Under the pieces are notes generated by a model. The model made no database searches and had not been told where the DNA came from. It saw only the letters and a program-made list of their open reading frames with translations. The position numbers were made by a program, and so were the translations under genes. Positions 34,477 through 42,199 of a DNA stretch of 43,090 bases are shown piece by piece. Origin of the DNA: Candidatus Methylacidiphilales bacterium. GTDB taxonomy: Bacteria; Bacteroidota; Bacteroidia; UKL13-3. The stretch covers positions 1 to 43,090 of the forward strand of contig JBGSBN010000002.1 of assembly GCA_041730515.1 (NCBI GenBank), written 5' to 3'. Position 1 is the first letter of the stretch; every line of letters starts with the position of its first letter.

Positions 34477-34509
34477 CGCTTCGGCTCCGCTCAGCGACCG
34501 CATTTTAAC

Positions 34510-34558
34510 AAACTAAGTACTTCGAACTAAGTACTAAAAACTTCGAACTTTAAACTAC
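34510..34558. repeat. Period-7 array, GAACTAA type (7 units), overlapping a stop codon
   Basis: Units read aaactaa gtacttc gaactaa gtactaa aaacttc gaacttt aaactac. The last unit supplies the TAG stop (34555-34557, minus strand) of the GH13 gene. Confidence 0.85.
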
Positions 34559-36402
34559 TCCGCTAATTCAAAAATTCTAATGGTATCAGGTTCTATTTGT
34601 AAGGTTTTCTCGGTTAAGTTTAGAGTATAATCGGTTATAATATCTTTGGCTTTGGTAAATTTATACAGTATTTCATCATACTTTTTAAAAGTAATAGTTT
34701 GTGCTTTTGCATGGCGATTGATGATAACCATCACTGTTTTTTTATCGGTGTATCTAAAATATACATACACTCCATTATCTACTGCAAAATGGGTGGTTTT
34801 TCCCTTGGTTATGGCTTCATTGGTTTGGCGCCAATTGGCTAATTTTTTCAAATAATTAAATGCTTCATTTTCTTCCTCAGTTCGGCCTTCAGTAGTAAAT
34901 TTACTGGTTTTATCTTGAGGCCAAGCACCTACAAAATCCATGCGCACTTCTCCATCGCTTTTGCGTGGTAGTTGTGGATTTTTAACCAAAATTTCAGTTC
35001 CATAATAAATGCTTGGAACTCCGCGCATGGTTAGTAGCAAACCAATTCCCATTTTATACTTTTTCAAATCGTTTTTCATAATAGAGTAAAAACGGTTCAA
35101 ATCGTGGTTATCTAAAAAGGTTAAGTTTAAATTGGGGTTGCTGTAAAGTCCATCTTGTGCCAAGGTTTGGTATATTTTAGCCAAACCTTTATCCCATTCT
35201 GGCGTGTCTAACAAAGCCTCGTTTACAGCCCAATGCATATTAAAATCAATGGCACTGGTTAAGTTACTTTGCGGTGCTTTGGCATAATTGCTTTTATTTA
35301 CAAAATAAGCATTGCTTAGCACGCCACGTTCCCAAATTTCGCCACTGCTCCAAAAATTAGGATATTCCTTTTTAATATATCCCATACATTTTTCCATAAA
35401 CTCCACATCGTTATAGCTGTATGTGTCAATTCTAAAACCATCAATTCCAGCATAATTAATCCACCATAAATAGCTTTGCATTAGGTAAGTGGCTATTCTT
35501 GGATTACGTTCATTTACATCGGGCATTTGTGTATCAAACCAACCATCGGTCATTAATTTTTTTTCGACTTTGCTGGCATAAGGATCAAAATGTACGGGCG
35601 CGCGGTAGTTGGTTCTGGTAAATTCAGCCCATTGATTTACATAACTTTTTTCTGGCATGTTTAAAAACATCCAATGTTTATCGCCAATATGATTAGGCAC
35701 TAAATCCATTACCAATTTCATGTTTCGTTTTTTAAGTTCAGCACCTAATTTTTTATAATCATCATTGGTTCCAAACCTCGGGTCGGTTAAATAATGATCG
35801 GTTAAGGCATAACCATGATAACTGTATTTTGGTTGGTCGTTAATTAAAGTTGGGTTTAACCAAAGCGTAGTTATTCCTAAATCTTTTAAGTAATCCAAAT
35901 GCTGCATTACGCCTTTTAAATCGCCACCATGTCTTCCATTTAAATCATTTCTATCGCAAACAGTTTCGCGCATACCACTTACTACATCGTTAGTAGTATC
36001 GCCATTGGCAAACCTATCGGGCATGGCCATGTATATAAAATCGGCTTGGGTTATATTGTCAATATCTTTGGTTAAACTTTCTAATTTATAAGCATAATTA
36101 AACTTTTCTGTTCCATTGCTAAACTCCATATTGATGGTATTTCCCTTAAAGTTTTGAAGATTGATATAAGCAAATAAATAATCTGCATTTTCTACCTTTT
36201 CTACTCTTATTAATTTTACACCAACTGTATTAATTTTTACAGTGCTAGCCGCAATATTTTTACCATTCAGCATTAATTGCAATTCTTTATTATTTAAATT
36301 ATTCCACCAAAACGGAGGATCAACTCTTTCAAGCGGTTTATAATTTTGAGCCGAAGTTTGAAGTGCTGCCAAGGCCGCAATTAATAAAAGTATTTTTTTC
36401 AT
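34555..36402 (-). CDS. GH13 alpha-amylase family glycoside hydrolase (cyclomaltodextrinase/neopullulanase-like, secreted)
   Basis: 615 aa with a signal peptide. All four GH13 conserved regions are present: VMDLVPNH, DGFRIDT, GEIWE, FLDNHD. Has an N-terminal beta-sandwich domain. Confidence 0.93.
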   Translation of the reverse strand: MKKILLLIAALAALQTSAQNYKPLERVDPPFWWNNLNNKELQLMLNGKNIAASTVKINTVGVKLIRVEKVENADYLFAYINLQNFKGNTINMEFSNGTEKFNYAYKLESLTKDIDNITQADFIYMAMPDRFANGDTTNDVVSGMRETVCDRNDLNGRHGGDLKGVMQHLDYLKDLGITTLWLNPTLINDQPKYSYHGYALTDHYLTDPRFGTNDDYKKLGAELKKRNMKLVMDLVPNHIGDKHWMFLNMPEKSYVNQWAEFTRTNYRAPVHFDPYASKVEKKLMTDGWFDTQMPDVNERNPRIATYLMQSYLWWINYAGIDGFRIDTYSYNDVEFMEKCMGYIKKEYPNFWSSGEIWERGVLSNAYFVNKSNYAKAPQSNLTSAIDFNMHWAVNEALLDTPEWDKGLAKIYQTLAQDGLYSNPNLNLTFLDNHDLNRFYSIMKNDLKKYKMGIGLLLTMRGVPSIYYGTEILVKNPQLPRKSDGEVRMDFVGAWPQDKTSKFTTEGRTEEENEAFNYLKKLANWRQTNEAITKGKTTHFAVDNGVYVYFRYTDKKTVMVIINRHAKAQTITFKKYDEILYKFTKAKDIITDYTLNLTEKTLQIEPDTIRIFELAE

Positions 36403-36487
36403 AAATAATATTTTGAGCGAATATAATTTTAAAATTTGTAATAATTTTTATGACATTTCGTTTTATAACCAATTAATAAAATGAAAT

Positions 36488-37333
36488 ATGAAAAAAATAA
36501 CCGTTTTAGCCGCTATTGTTTTTTGTTTTGTAATACATTCAAAAACAGTATTATGTAAAGAAATATCTATTTCAGAAGCACTTAAAAAGAAAATGATTGC
36601 CATTAAGGTAAAATCCACCTCGGGCCACACAGGCGAGTGTTTAAGTTTACGATTAGTTAACTTAAAAAACAGTAAACTAAATATCATTGTTGAAGCCGGG
36701 CGTATGTTTATTCCTGCTGATTCAAATGTGCAAAACCTAATAGTGGTAAAACGCGAAAACATTGAATTGGCACCAAATCAAATAAAAACCAATAAAATTA
36801 CTGCTGTTTGTGCCCAAAAAAATGATGCTGGTCCTAGGCAAGATTTAATATTTACTACTGGAAATTTTGGAAATACTGAAGCCAAAAAATTTGCTGAATG
36901 GCTCGATACTAAAGCTTATTATAACAATACCAATACTCAAAATGCCATGTGGATGTTTACCGATAACATGGCTCCCGAATTCACCATTAATAGCGAACGA
37001 GATAAAGAAATGCTGGCTTTTGTAGCTCAGGCCAAAAACCTGAATTACGAAAAATTACTTGATAAATTTACTAGTAAGTCAACTCCTGATTCAAGATTTA
37101 GATTCTCTTCTACATTAAACTTTACCTTAAGTACGCCTCAGGTTTTAAAAGTAGTGCTTTGCGATAAAAACAATGCCATTGTGAAGAAATGCATATTAGG
37201 AGATACTTTGGCAATTGGACCAAATAATAAACATATTGAATTTAACAATGATGATTTAGAAAATGGTAAGTATTATTTAAAAATATATATTGATGGTAAA
37301 ATGATTAAAAGAAGAGAAATTGAAATTAAATAA
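36488..37333 (+). CDS. Secreted hypothetical protein (possible T9SS-like C-terminal beta-sandwich)
   Basis: 281 aa with a signal peptide. The C-terminus NGKYYLKIYIDGKMIKRREIEIK resembles the last strands of T9SS C-terminal domains. Confidence 0.6.
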   Translation: MKKITVLAAIVFCFVIHSKTVLCKEISISEALKKKMIAIKVKSTSGHTGECLSLRLVNLKNSKLNIIVEAGRMFIPADSNVQNLIVVKRENIELAPNQIKTNKITAVCAQKNDAGPRQDLIFTTGNFGNTEAKKFAEWLDTKAYYNNTNTQNAMWMFTDNMAPEFTINSERDKEMLAFVAQAKNLNYEKLLDKFTSKSTPDSRFRFSSTLNFTLSTPQVLKVVLCDKNNAIVKKCILGDTLAIGPNNKHIEFNNDDLENGKYYLKIYIDGKMIKRREIEIK

Positions 37334-37353
37334 TACCCAATCAAATCATTATT

Positions 37354-37377
37354 AATACTGACCTAGTTCAGTATTTT
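37354..37377 (+). terminator. Intrinsic terminator candidate
   Basis: aatactga (37354-37361) pairs with tcagtatt (37368-37375) around a 6-nt loop, running into tttt. Confidence 0.5.
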
Positions 37378-37421
37378 AATGTTAATTGAACTGTTCATTT
37401 GTATAATAAATAACCGCAATT

Positions 37422-37805
37422 ATGAGCACACAAAAACATTTAACAGAATTACATGCAGAACACAAAGAATGGTTGAACAAACTTTCTTTTTATAAAGATG
37501 ATTTAACCGTAATGCAATCTCGTTTAGACGAGGTGGCCTCCAAAAATAGTTCTAAAGATGCTTTGGTAATGATTGAACATTTTCAAAATCAATTTAAAAT
37601 TCAAAACGAACAAATTGATATTTTAAAACACGATATTAACCAACATAGCGCCAATATTGAATCATCGATAAGCAATAACCCAGTAGCTAGCGACCATAGA
37701 ACAATGGAAGACCATGCTCCTGAACGCGAAAGAATGGAACGTTTTGAAGAATTATTTGCTTCATTACGTAAAGATTTATTTGGCTTTTTAGCTAAATGGA
37801 TGTAA
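37422..37805 (+). CDS. Hypothetical coiled-coil protein
   Basis: 127-aa ORF with helical heptad-like composition. No signal peptide and no recognised motif. Confidence 0.6.
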   Translation: MSTQKHLTELHAEHKEWLNKLSFYKDDLTVMQSRLDEVASKNSSKDALVMIEHFQNQFKIQNEQIDILKHDINQHSANIESSISNNPVASDHRTMEDHAPERERMERFEELFASLRKDLFGFLAKWM

Positions 37806-37833
37806 GGTAAAAATATTACAAAATCACTCAACT

Positions 37834-37873
37834 AACCCTTGATTAGCGCAAGCTTTTCAAGGGTTTTGTTTTT
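37834..37873 (+). terminator. Intrinsic terminator
   Basis: aacccttg (37834-37841) pairs with caagggtt (37858-37865) around a 16-nt loop, followed by ttttgttttt. Confidence 0.65.
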
Positions 37874-37891
37874 ATAATTGCCCAATATTAT

Positions 37892-37899
37892 TATTTTTG
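37892..37899 (+). promoter_or_regulatory. TAnnTTTG -7 box candidate 222 nt upstream of the hydrolase gene
   Basis: TATTTTTG. If used, the whole octamer/TAAAC array region would be a ~215-nt 5' leader. Confidence 0.3.
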
Positions 37900-37917
37900 G
37901 TAGCTAAATTATTATTT

Positions 37918-37997
37918 GAAGATTTGAAGATTTGAAGATTTGAAGATTTTCAGATTTGAAGATTTTCAGATTTTTAGATTTATAGATTTAGAATTTT
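37918..37997. repeat. Period-8 tandem array GAAGATTT (10 units, degenerating 3')
   Basis: Four gaagattt units, then tcagattt gaagattt tcagattt ttagattt atagattt agaatttt. Confidence 0.92.
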
Positions 37998-38120
37998 AAA
38001 CAATTAAACAGTTAATCAATTAAACTTTATAACTTTAACACCTAATATTTAAATACTTTAAACTTAAACACTTTAAACTTAAACACTAAGAAACATAAAC
38101 ACTTAAACACTCAATAAAAC
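37998..38120. repeat. TTAAAC(A/T)-rich degenerate array running to the start codon
   Basis: At least 9 copies of (T)TAAAC(A/T). Includes a perfect 15-nt tandem actttaaacttaaac x2 (38055-38084). Ends at the ATG at 38121. Confidence 0.85.
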
Positions 38121-39638
38121 ATGCATAAACTAAAACTCACTACTTTATTATTAATCATTTCTTGTTCTTTAATTGCTCAGCCTACTTTTATAAAAGATTC
38201 GTTAGATGCTTATATCAATCGCGAAATGGCACGTTGGCAAGTGCCGGGCTTAGCCATTGCCATTGTTAAAGATGGAAAAATAATTTGGAGCAAAGGTTAT
38301 GGTGTAAAACAAGTAGGTAAATCGGCCAAAGTGGATGAGTATTCCTTATTTCAAATTGCATCAAACAGTAAAGCTTTTACAGGAACCTCCATTGCATTAT
38401 TAAATTACCAAAAACGATTATTGTTAGATGAAAAAGTAACTAAGTATATGCGAGATTTTAAGTTGTATGACGAAACATCTACTTCACTTTGTACCGTTCG
38501 CGATTTATTGTGTCATCGCATTGGTTTACAAACTTTTCAAGGCGATTTTTTAAATTGGGGAAGTAATTTAACTCGTAAAGAAATTATAGAACATTTAGCT
38601 TTAACCAAACCTGTTCATCCATTTAGATACAAATATGGTTATTGCAACGCAGCATTCATTACTGCTGGAGAGTTAATTAAAAATGTAACAGATACCAGTT
38701 GGGACGATTATATAAAATATCATTTTTTTGAGCCTTTGGCAATGAAACATACCAGCAGCACTTACAACGATATAATGACCGATGAAAATGCATGCACACC
38801 TCACACTTTGGTAAACGGAAAAATTGTTAAATTGCCTTTTACCAATATTGATAACATGGGACCTTCGGCTAGCATTAACTCATGTGCTCGCGATATGGCC
38901 AATTGGTTATTATTTCAGTTAGATAGCGGACGATTTGATGGAAAAAGAATTGTGCCTTTTTCGGTATTGGCCGAAACCCGCAAATCGAATATGATTAGCA
39001 ATGATGTAAATTCAAAAATATTTAAAACCAAACATTTTAGTAACTATGGTTTAGGCTGGCAAAGTTACGATTACGAAGGCCGCAGAGTTTGGGAACATAG
39101 CGGTGGAGCTAATGGATTTGTAACCAAAACAGAGTTTATTCCAGAAGAAAATTTAGGCGTTTTGGTTTATACCAACACCGATGCCAACTCGCTTTACGAT
39201 GCTTTGGTTAAACAAGTTTTAGAAGCTTATTTAAATGTGCCTTACCGTAATTTAAGTGAAAAATATTTTGATGGAGGAAAGGCTGGTCGCTCAGCAGAAC
39301 AAGCAGAGTTAGACAGTTTAAACAAAGTGGTTTTACTTAAAAATAAACCAAGCATTGATCTACAAAATTTGGTAGGAACTTATAAAAACAGCTTTTATGG
39401 CGATGTAGAAATTAGGTTAATAAAAGGTAAAATGACTTTACATTTTAGCCATCATCCAACTAATATTGGTAAGTTAGAGTATTTAGGTAACAACCAATTT
39501 TTATGTACTTATAGCGATATAACTTGTGGTGTTCAGGTGTTGCCTGTTAAAATAGAAAACAACCAAGTGAAAGGCATAACCATAAAAGTAGCCGATTTTA
39601 TTGATTACTTAACTTACGATTTTGAAAAGGTAAATTAG
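38121..39638 (+). CDS. Serine hydrolase, beta-lactamase/PBP (class C-like) family with a C-terminal beta-rich domain
   Basis: 505 aa with a signal peptide. Has the SxxK motif (ASNSK), the YxN motif (YCN) and HSGG in the KTG position. The C-terminal ~100 aa resembles DUF3471. Confidence 0.88.
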   Translation: MHKLKLTTLLLIISCSLIAQPTFIKDSLDAYINREMARWQVPGLAIAIVKDGKIIWSKGYGVKQVGKSAKVDEYSLFQIASNSKAFTGTSIALLNYQKRLLLDEKVTKYMRDFKLYDETSTSLCTVRDLLCHRIGLQTFQGDFLNWGSNLTRKEIIEHLALTKPVHPFRYKYGYCNAAFITAGELIKNVTDTSWDDYIKYHFFEPLAMKHTSSTYNDIMTDENACTPHTLVNGKIVKLPFTNIDNMGPSASINSCARDMANWLLFQLDSGRFDGKRIVPFSVLAETRKSNMISNDVNSKIFKTKHFSNYGLGWQSYDYEGRRVWEHSGGANGFVTKTEFIPEENLGVLVYTNTDANSLYDALVKQVLEAYLNVPYRNLSEKYFDGGKAGRSAEQAELDSLNKVVLLKNKPSIDLQNLVGTYKNSFYGDVEIRLIKGKMTLHFSHHPTNIGKLEYLGNNQFLCTYSDITCGVQVLPVKIENNQVKGITIKVADFIDYLTYDFEKVN

Positions 39639-39676
39639 TAGTTTTTTGAAAGGTCAAAAAAGTGTTGCTGCCAATT

Positions 39677-39721
39677 CTCCCTTGAGTACTGGCATGAGCT
39701 GTTAGAGAAAGGCTAAGGGGG
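39677..39721. repeat. Hairpin module CTCCCTT...AAGGGGG (family of 26453-26510)
   Basis: 7-bp stem including one G:U pair. The 3' half agagaaaggctaaggggga parallels atacaaaggcttagcacaaggggga. Confidence 0.6.
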
Positions 39722-39745
39722 ATGTTTTTAAAATTTATTTATTTT

Positions 39746-40003
39746 TTAGTCGTAAATATCTTTTCTATGTCCAAGCGTAATTATGTCTACTATTAATTTG
39801 TTTTCAAAAATATCATAAATTATTCTATAGTTTCCTACCCTAATTCTATAACCTTCTCTGCCTTTAAGTTTTTTATATCCGGCAGGACGGGGGTTTTCTT
39901 CTAGCTTGGCAATGGCAAAAATTATGGGTTCTGCAATACTTTCTGATAAATTATCTAATTGCTTTTGTGCTTTTTTAGATAATAAGATAGTATAACTAGC
40001 CAT
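39746..40003 (-). CDS. Type II toxin, RelE/StbE family mRNA interferase
   Basis: 85 aa. Contains KKAQKQLDNL...NPRPAGYKKLKGREGYRIRVGNYRIIYDI....I.I..LGHRKDIY, a classic RelE pattern. Confidence 0.9.
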   Translation of the reverse strand: MASYTILLSKKAQKQLDNLSESIAEPIIFAIAKLEENPRPAGYKKLKGREGYRIRVGNYRIIYDIFENKLIVDIITLGHRKDIYD

Positions 40004-40202
40004 TTCTCTGCTTTCTGTTTTTTAGGTAATCTGAAAACAATATTCGCTCACCAGTATCTTCTTTTTTTGCTTCGTCATAAAGCTTTATATCCTCTAATTC
40101 TTCTAACTCTTCCATTAAATCATCAAACTCATTAATTGGAAGAATAACTAATGATTTTTTACCTTTAGAATCTTTAATATATTGCGGATGTATTGTAAGC
40201 AT
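39996..40202 (-). CDS. Type II antitoxin (Phd/YefM/RelB-like)
   Basis: 68 aa, overlapping the toxin start by 8 nt. Contains LVILPINEFDDLMEELEELEDIKLYDEAK, typical of an antitoxin. Confidence 0.8.
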   Translation of the reverse strand: MLTIHPQYIKDSKGKKSLVILPINEFDDLMEELEELEDIKLYDEAKKEDTGERILFSDYLKNRKQRNG

Positions 40203-40231
40203 AACCTATTTGTATTTTTCAAATGATTTAA

Positions 40232-40239
40232 CAAAATTA
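40232..40239 (-). promoter_or_regulatory. TAnnTTTG -7 box candidate for the RelE TA operon
   Basis: On the minus strand, TAATTTTG lies ~30 nt upstream of the antitoxin ATG (40202). Confidence 0.4.
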
Positions 40240-40438
40240 TTAAATAAAAAACAAAAACAGCATTTTTGTTTTTATGATTTCTAGTTTTTACTTTTATTCA
40301 AGAAATAGGAGCAATTATAAAAAACTATTGTTTAGGAAGTCAATCTTATTTATTATTTATACTATGATTTTGAAAAAGGGAATGATGGTTGCTGAGCAGA
40401 GTCAAAACGAGGTTTATAGCGAAAACTAAACGAAGAAC

Positions 40439-40954
40439 ATGAAATTTAAAATATTATTTAAGCTAATAATTGTAGGAATTTTGTTTTTTATAAATCAAAA
40501 TACATTTGCACAAAAGCTTTTATTAAAAAATAAAATAGCGGAGAGGGAATACAATTTGGGTTATTTGCGTCATGTGAGAATAAGTTCTATACATGATTCA
40601 ACCCACACTTTTGGTGCATATATTAGTAAAGCTAAAAACGATACCTTGTATTTTATTGGTAATAAAAAAATTGCTTTAGTTGATATTAATTCAATCAGAT
40701 TTACTCCAAGAAATGCGTTTACCAAATATGGAAAACCTTATTTATACAGTGCGGGTATTTTTATCTCGGGTTTTGTTGCATTGGTAATTAGTGGAACTGA
40801 ACAAACCTATTCAGTTGGTGAACGTTTTTTGTTCTTTGTAGGTGGTACTTTATATTCATCAGTTTTAATTGAATTAACGGGAACAGGATTTTGGATAATT
40901 ACTCCAAAAAGAGAATTACGAAAAGGAATTAACTTAACCATTTTAAACAAATGA
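40439..40954 (+). CDS. Small signal-peptide/2-TM protein, tandem paralog 1
   Basis: 171 aa with a signal peptide, an ~75-aa beta-rich domain, two TM helices and a conserved tail ITPKRELRKGINLTILNK. The stop overlaps the next ATG (ATGA). Confidence 0.7.
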   Translation: MKFKILFKLIIVGILFFINQNTFAQKLLLKNKIAEREYNLGYLRHVRISSIHDSTHTFGAYISKAKNDTLYFIGNKKIALVDINSIRFTPRNAFTKYGKPYLYSAGIFISGFVALVISGTEQTYSVGERFLFFVGGTLYSSVLIELTGTGFWIITPKRELRKGINLTILNK

Positions 40955-40991
40955 AATCATTCTTACTTTCAGTTTTAATACTAGGATGCCT
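40904..40991. repeat. Near-identical 88-nt gene junction (copy 1)
   Basis: Matches 41398-41485 with 1 mismatch by eye. The period is 494 nt. Confidence 0.9.
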
Positions 40992-41448
40992 AAATGCAAA
41001 AGCGCAAAAGTTGATATTAGAAAATAAAATAGCGGAGAAAGAATACGAATTGGGCTATTTGCGCCACGTAAGAATAAGTTCTGTTCATGATTCAACCTAC
41101 AGTTTTGGTGCTTATATTAGTAAAACTAAAAACGATACTTTGTATTTTATTGGTGGTAAAAGAATTGCTTTAGCCGATATTAATACCATAAGATTTATTC
41201 CAAGAAACTTATTTACTAGGGTGGGCAAGCCATTAATTTATGGGTTGGGTATATCTGTTAGTGCTTTAATCGCAATAACTTTTGAAGCCACTGATATTGA
41301 AATAACGAATAAATTTAGATGGAAAATTTTTGGGGCAGGATTGTTGCCAACCTTTGTATCAACAGAAGCCGCAGGAATAGGTTTTTGGATGATTACGCCA
41401 AAAAGAGAATTACGAAAAGGAATTAACTTAACCATTTTAAACAAATGA
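40951..41448 (+). CDS. Small signal-peptide/2-TM protein, tandem paralog 2
   Basis: 165 aa. The N-domain is ~88% identical at nucleotide level to paralog 1 by eye. Its tail is identical to that of paralog 1. Possible lipobox ILGC. Confidence 0.7.
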   Translation: MKSFLLSVLILGCLNAKAQKLILENKIAEKEYELGYLRHVRISSVHDSTYSFGAYISKTKNDTLYFIGGKRIALADINTIRFIPRNLFTRVGKPLIYGLGISVSALIAITFEATDIEITNKFRWKIFGAGLLPTFVSTEAAGIGFWMITPKRELRKGINLTILNK

Positions 41449-41485
41449 AATCATTCTTACTTTCAATTTTAATACTAGGATGCCT
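41398..41485. repeat. Near-identical 88-nt gene junction (copy 2)
   Basis: See 40904-40991. Confidence 0.9.
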
Positions 41486-41912
41486 CACTGCCAATGCTCA
41501 AAAGGGATTTAAAGTATATCATGCTGAAAAAGCTCGTTTTATATCATTTAAAGTAAATCAAAACATTAAGTATAATTCAATTAACAATTCGGTTTATGTA
41601 AAAGATAAAATTATAAGTGTTACAGATTCAGGATTTTTGGGAGAAAAATCTGGTTTTGTGCGTTTCGACTCATTGAAAAGTATTAGCCATTACTACAAAT
41701 ATTTAAACTTAATAGGCTATTCACTTATTGGCCTAACCGAATTAAACTTAATTGGCGCTATGATTAGTGCTGATACTCCAGTTCAAATTGCTGCTGCTTT
41801 TATGTTTGTAGGAGGAAATGCCATTGTTATTCCATATTTGGTTTATTACCAAAAACCTATCTTAAAACCTTTAAATAAAATTGGTCCCCAAACACATTTT
41901 ATACTATTTTGA
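41445..41912 (+). CDS. Small signal-peptide/2-TM protein, tandem paralog 3 (divergent body)
   Basis: 155 aa. Shares the signal peptide MKSFLLSILILGCL with paralog 2. Architecture is similar but the sequence is divergent. Confidence 0.65.
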   Translation: MKSFLLSILILGCLTANAQKGFKVYHAEKARFISFKVNQNIKYNSINNSVYVKDKIISVTDSGFLGEKSGFVRFDSLKSISHYYKYLNLIGYSLIGLTELNLIGAMISADTPVQIAAAFMFVGGNAIVIPYLVYYQKPILKPLNKIGPQTHFILF

Positions 41913-42066
41913 TTTACAAAACAGGCCAATGTGTTTGGTGTAAATCTTAGATGGTATTATGCCGCCACAAAATATATTGATTATATAATACCATTTTGAT
42001 TTACAAATTAGGCCAATGGGTTTGGGGTAAATCTTAGATGGTATTATGCCGCTAAAAATAAATTGT
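41898..42066. repeat. ~86-bp tandem duplication (2 units) starting inside the end of paralog 3
   Basis: Units span 41898-41980 and 41984-42066. They share ttttgatttacaaa..aggccaatg.gtttgg.gtaaatcttagatggtattatgccgc. Identity is about 85% by eye. Confidence 0.8.
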
Positions 42067-42142
42067 ACTAAATCATACTTCAAAGCGGTATAAAATGTAA
42101 AAGCGGTATTGTAATGATTTATTAGATAAACCATTATTCAAC

Positions 42143-42181
42143 AAAAAAGCCATTCAGAAAATATTCCGAATGGCTTTTTTA
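42143..42181 (-). terminator. Intrinsic (bidirectional) terminator after the zinc-ribbon gene
   Basis: A6 + agccattc (42148-42155) pairs with gaatggct (42168-42175) + T6. 8-bp stem with a 12-nt loop. Confidence 0.75.
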
Positions 42182-42199
42182 ATAATTTGATGCTAAAAA

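Larger units (their letters stand above)
34271..34509. repeat. MITE-like 239-bp element bounded by ~30-bp inverted repeats
   Basis: Left arm gttaaaacggtcactgagcggagccgaagtg (34271-34301). Right arm cgcttcggctccgctcagcgaccgcattttaac (34477-34509). A 22-bp core has 1 mismatch, with a further 7 bp after a 2-nt bulge. The interior carries heptamer arrays and the ACAGTC hairpin module. No ORF. Confidence 0.6.

Noticed and set aside
235-41444. Short ORFs nested in or antisense to long genes: 235-438, 1159-1347, 5014-5232, 5099-5350, 6377-6583, 9914-10117, 11601-11789, 14344-14532, 18392-18938, 20160-20402, 25848-26088, 26721-27539, 29216-30050, 31697-32291, 33227-33433, 33660-33947, 34646-34855, 36463-36762, 37601-37831, 41238-41444.
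   Set aside because: Each is fully overlapped by a much longer ORF with clear homology or motifs. Their composition is typical of off-frame translation of AT-rich DNA, and none has a recognisable domain.
41904-42134. 76-aa minus-strand ORF with the duplicated peptide GGIIPSKIY.K.IGL.CKSK.
   Set aside because: The duplication simply mirrors the 86-bp DNA tandem repeat. There is no start context, and it is antisense to the end of paralog 3.
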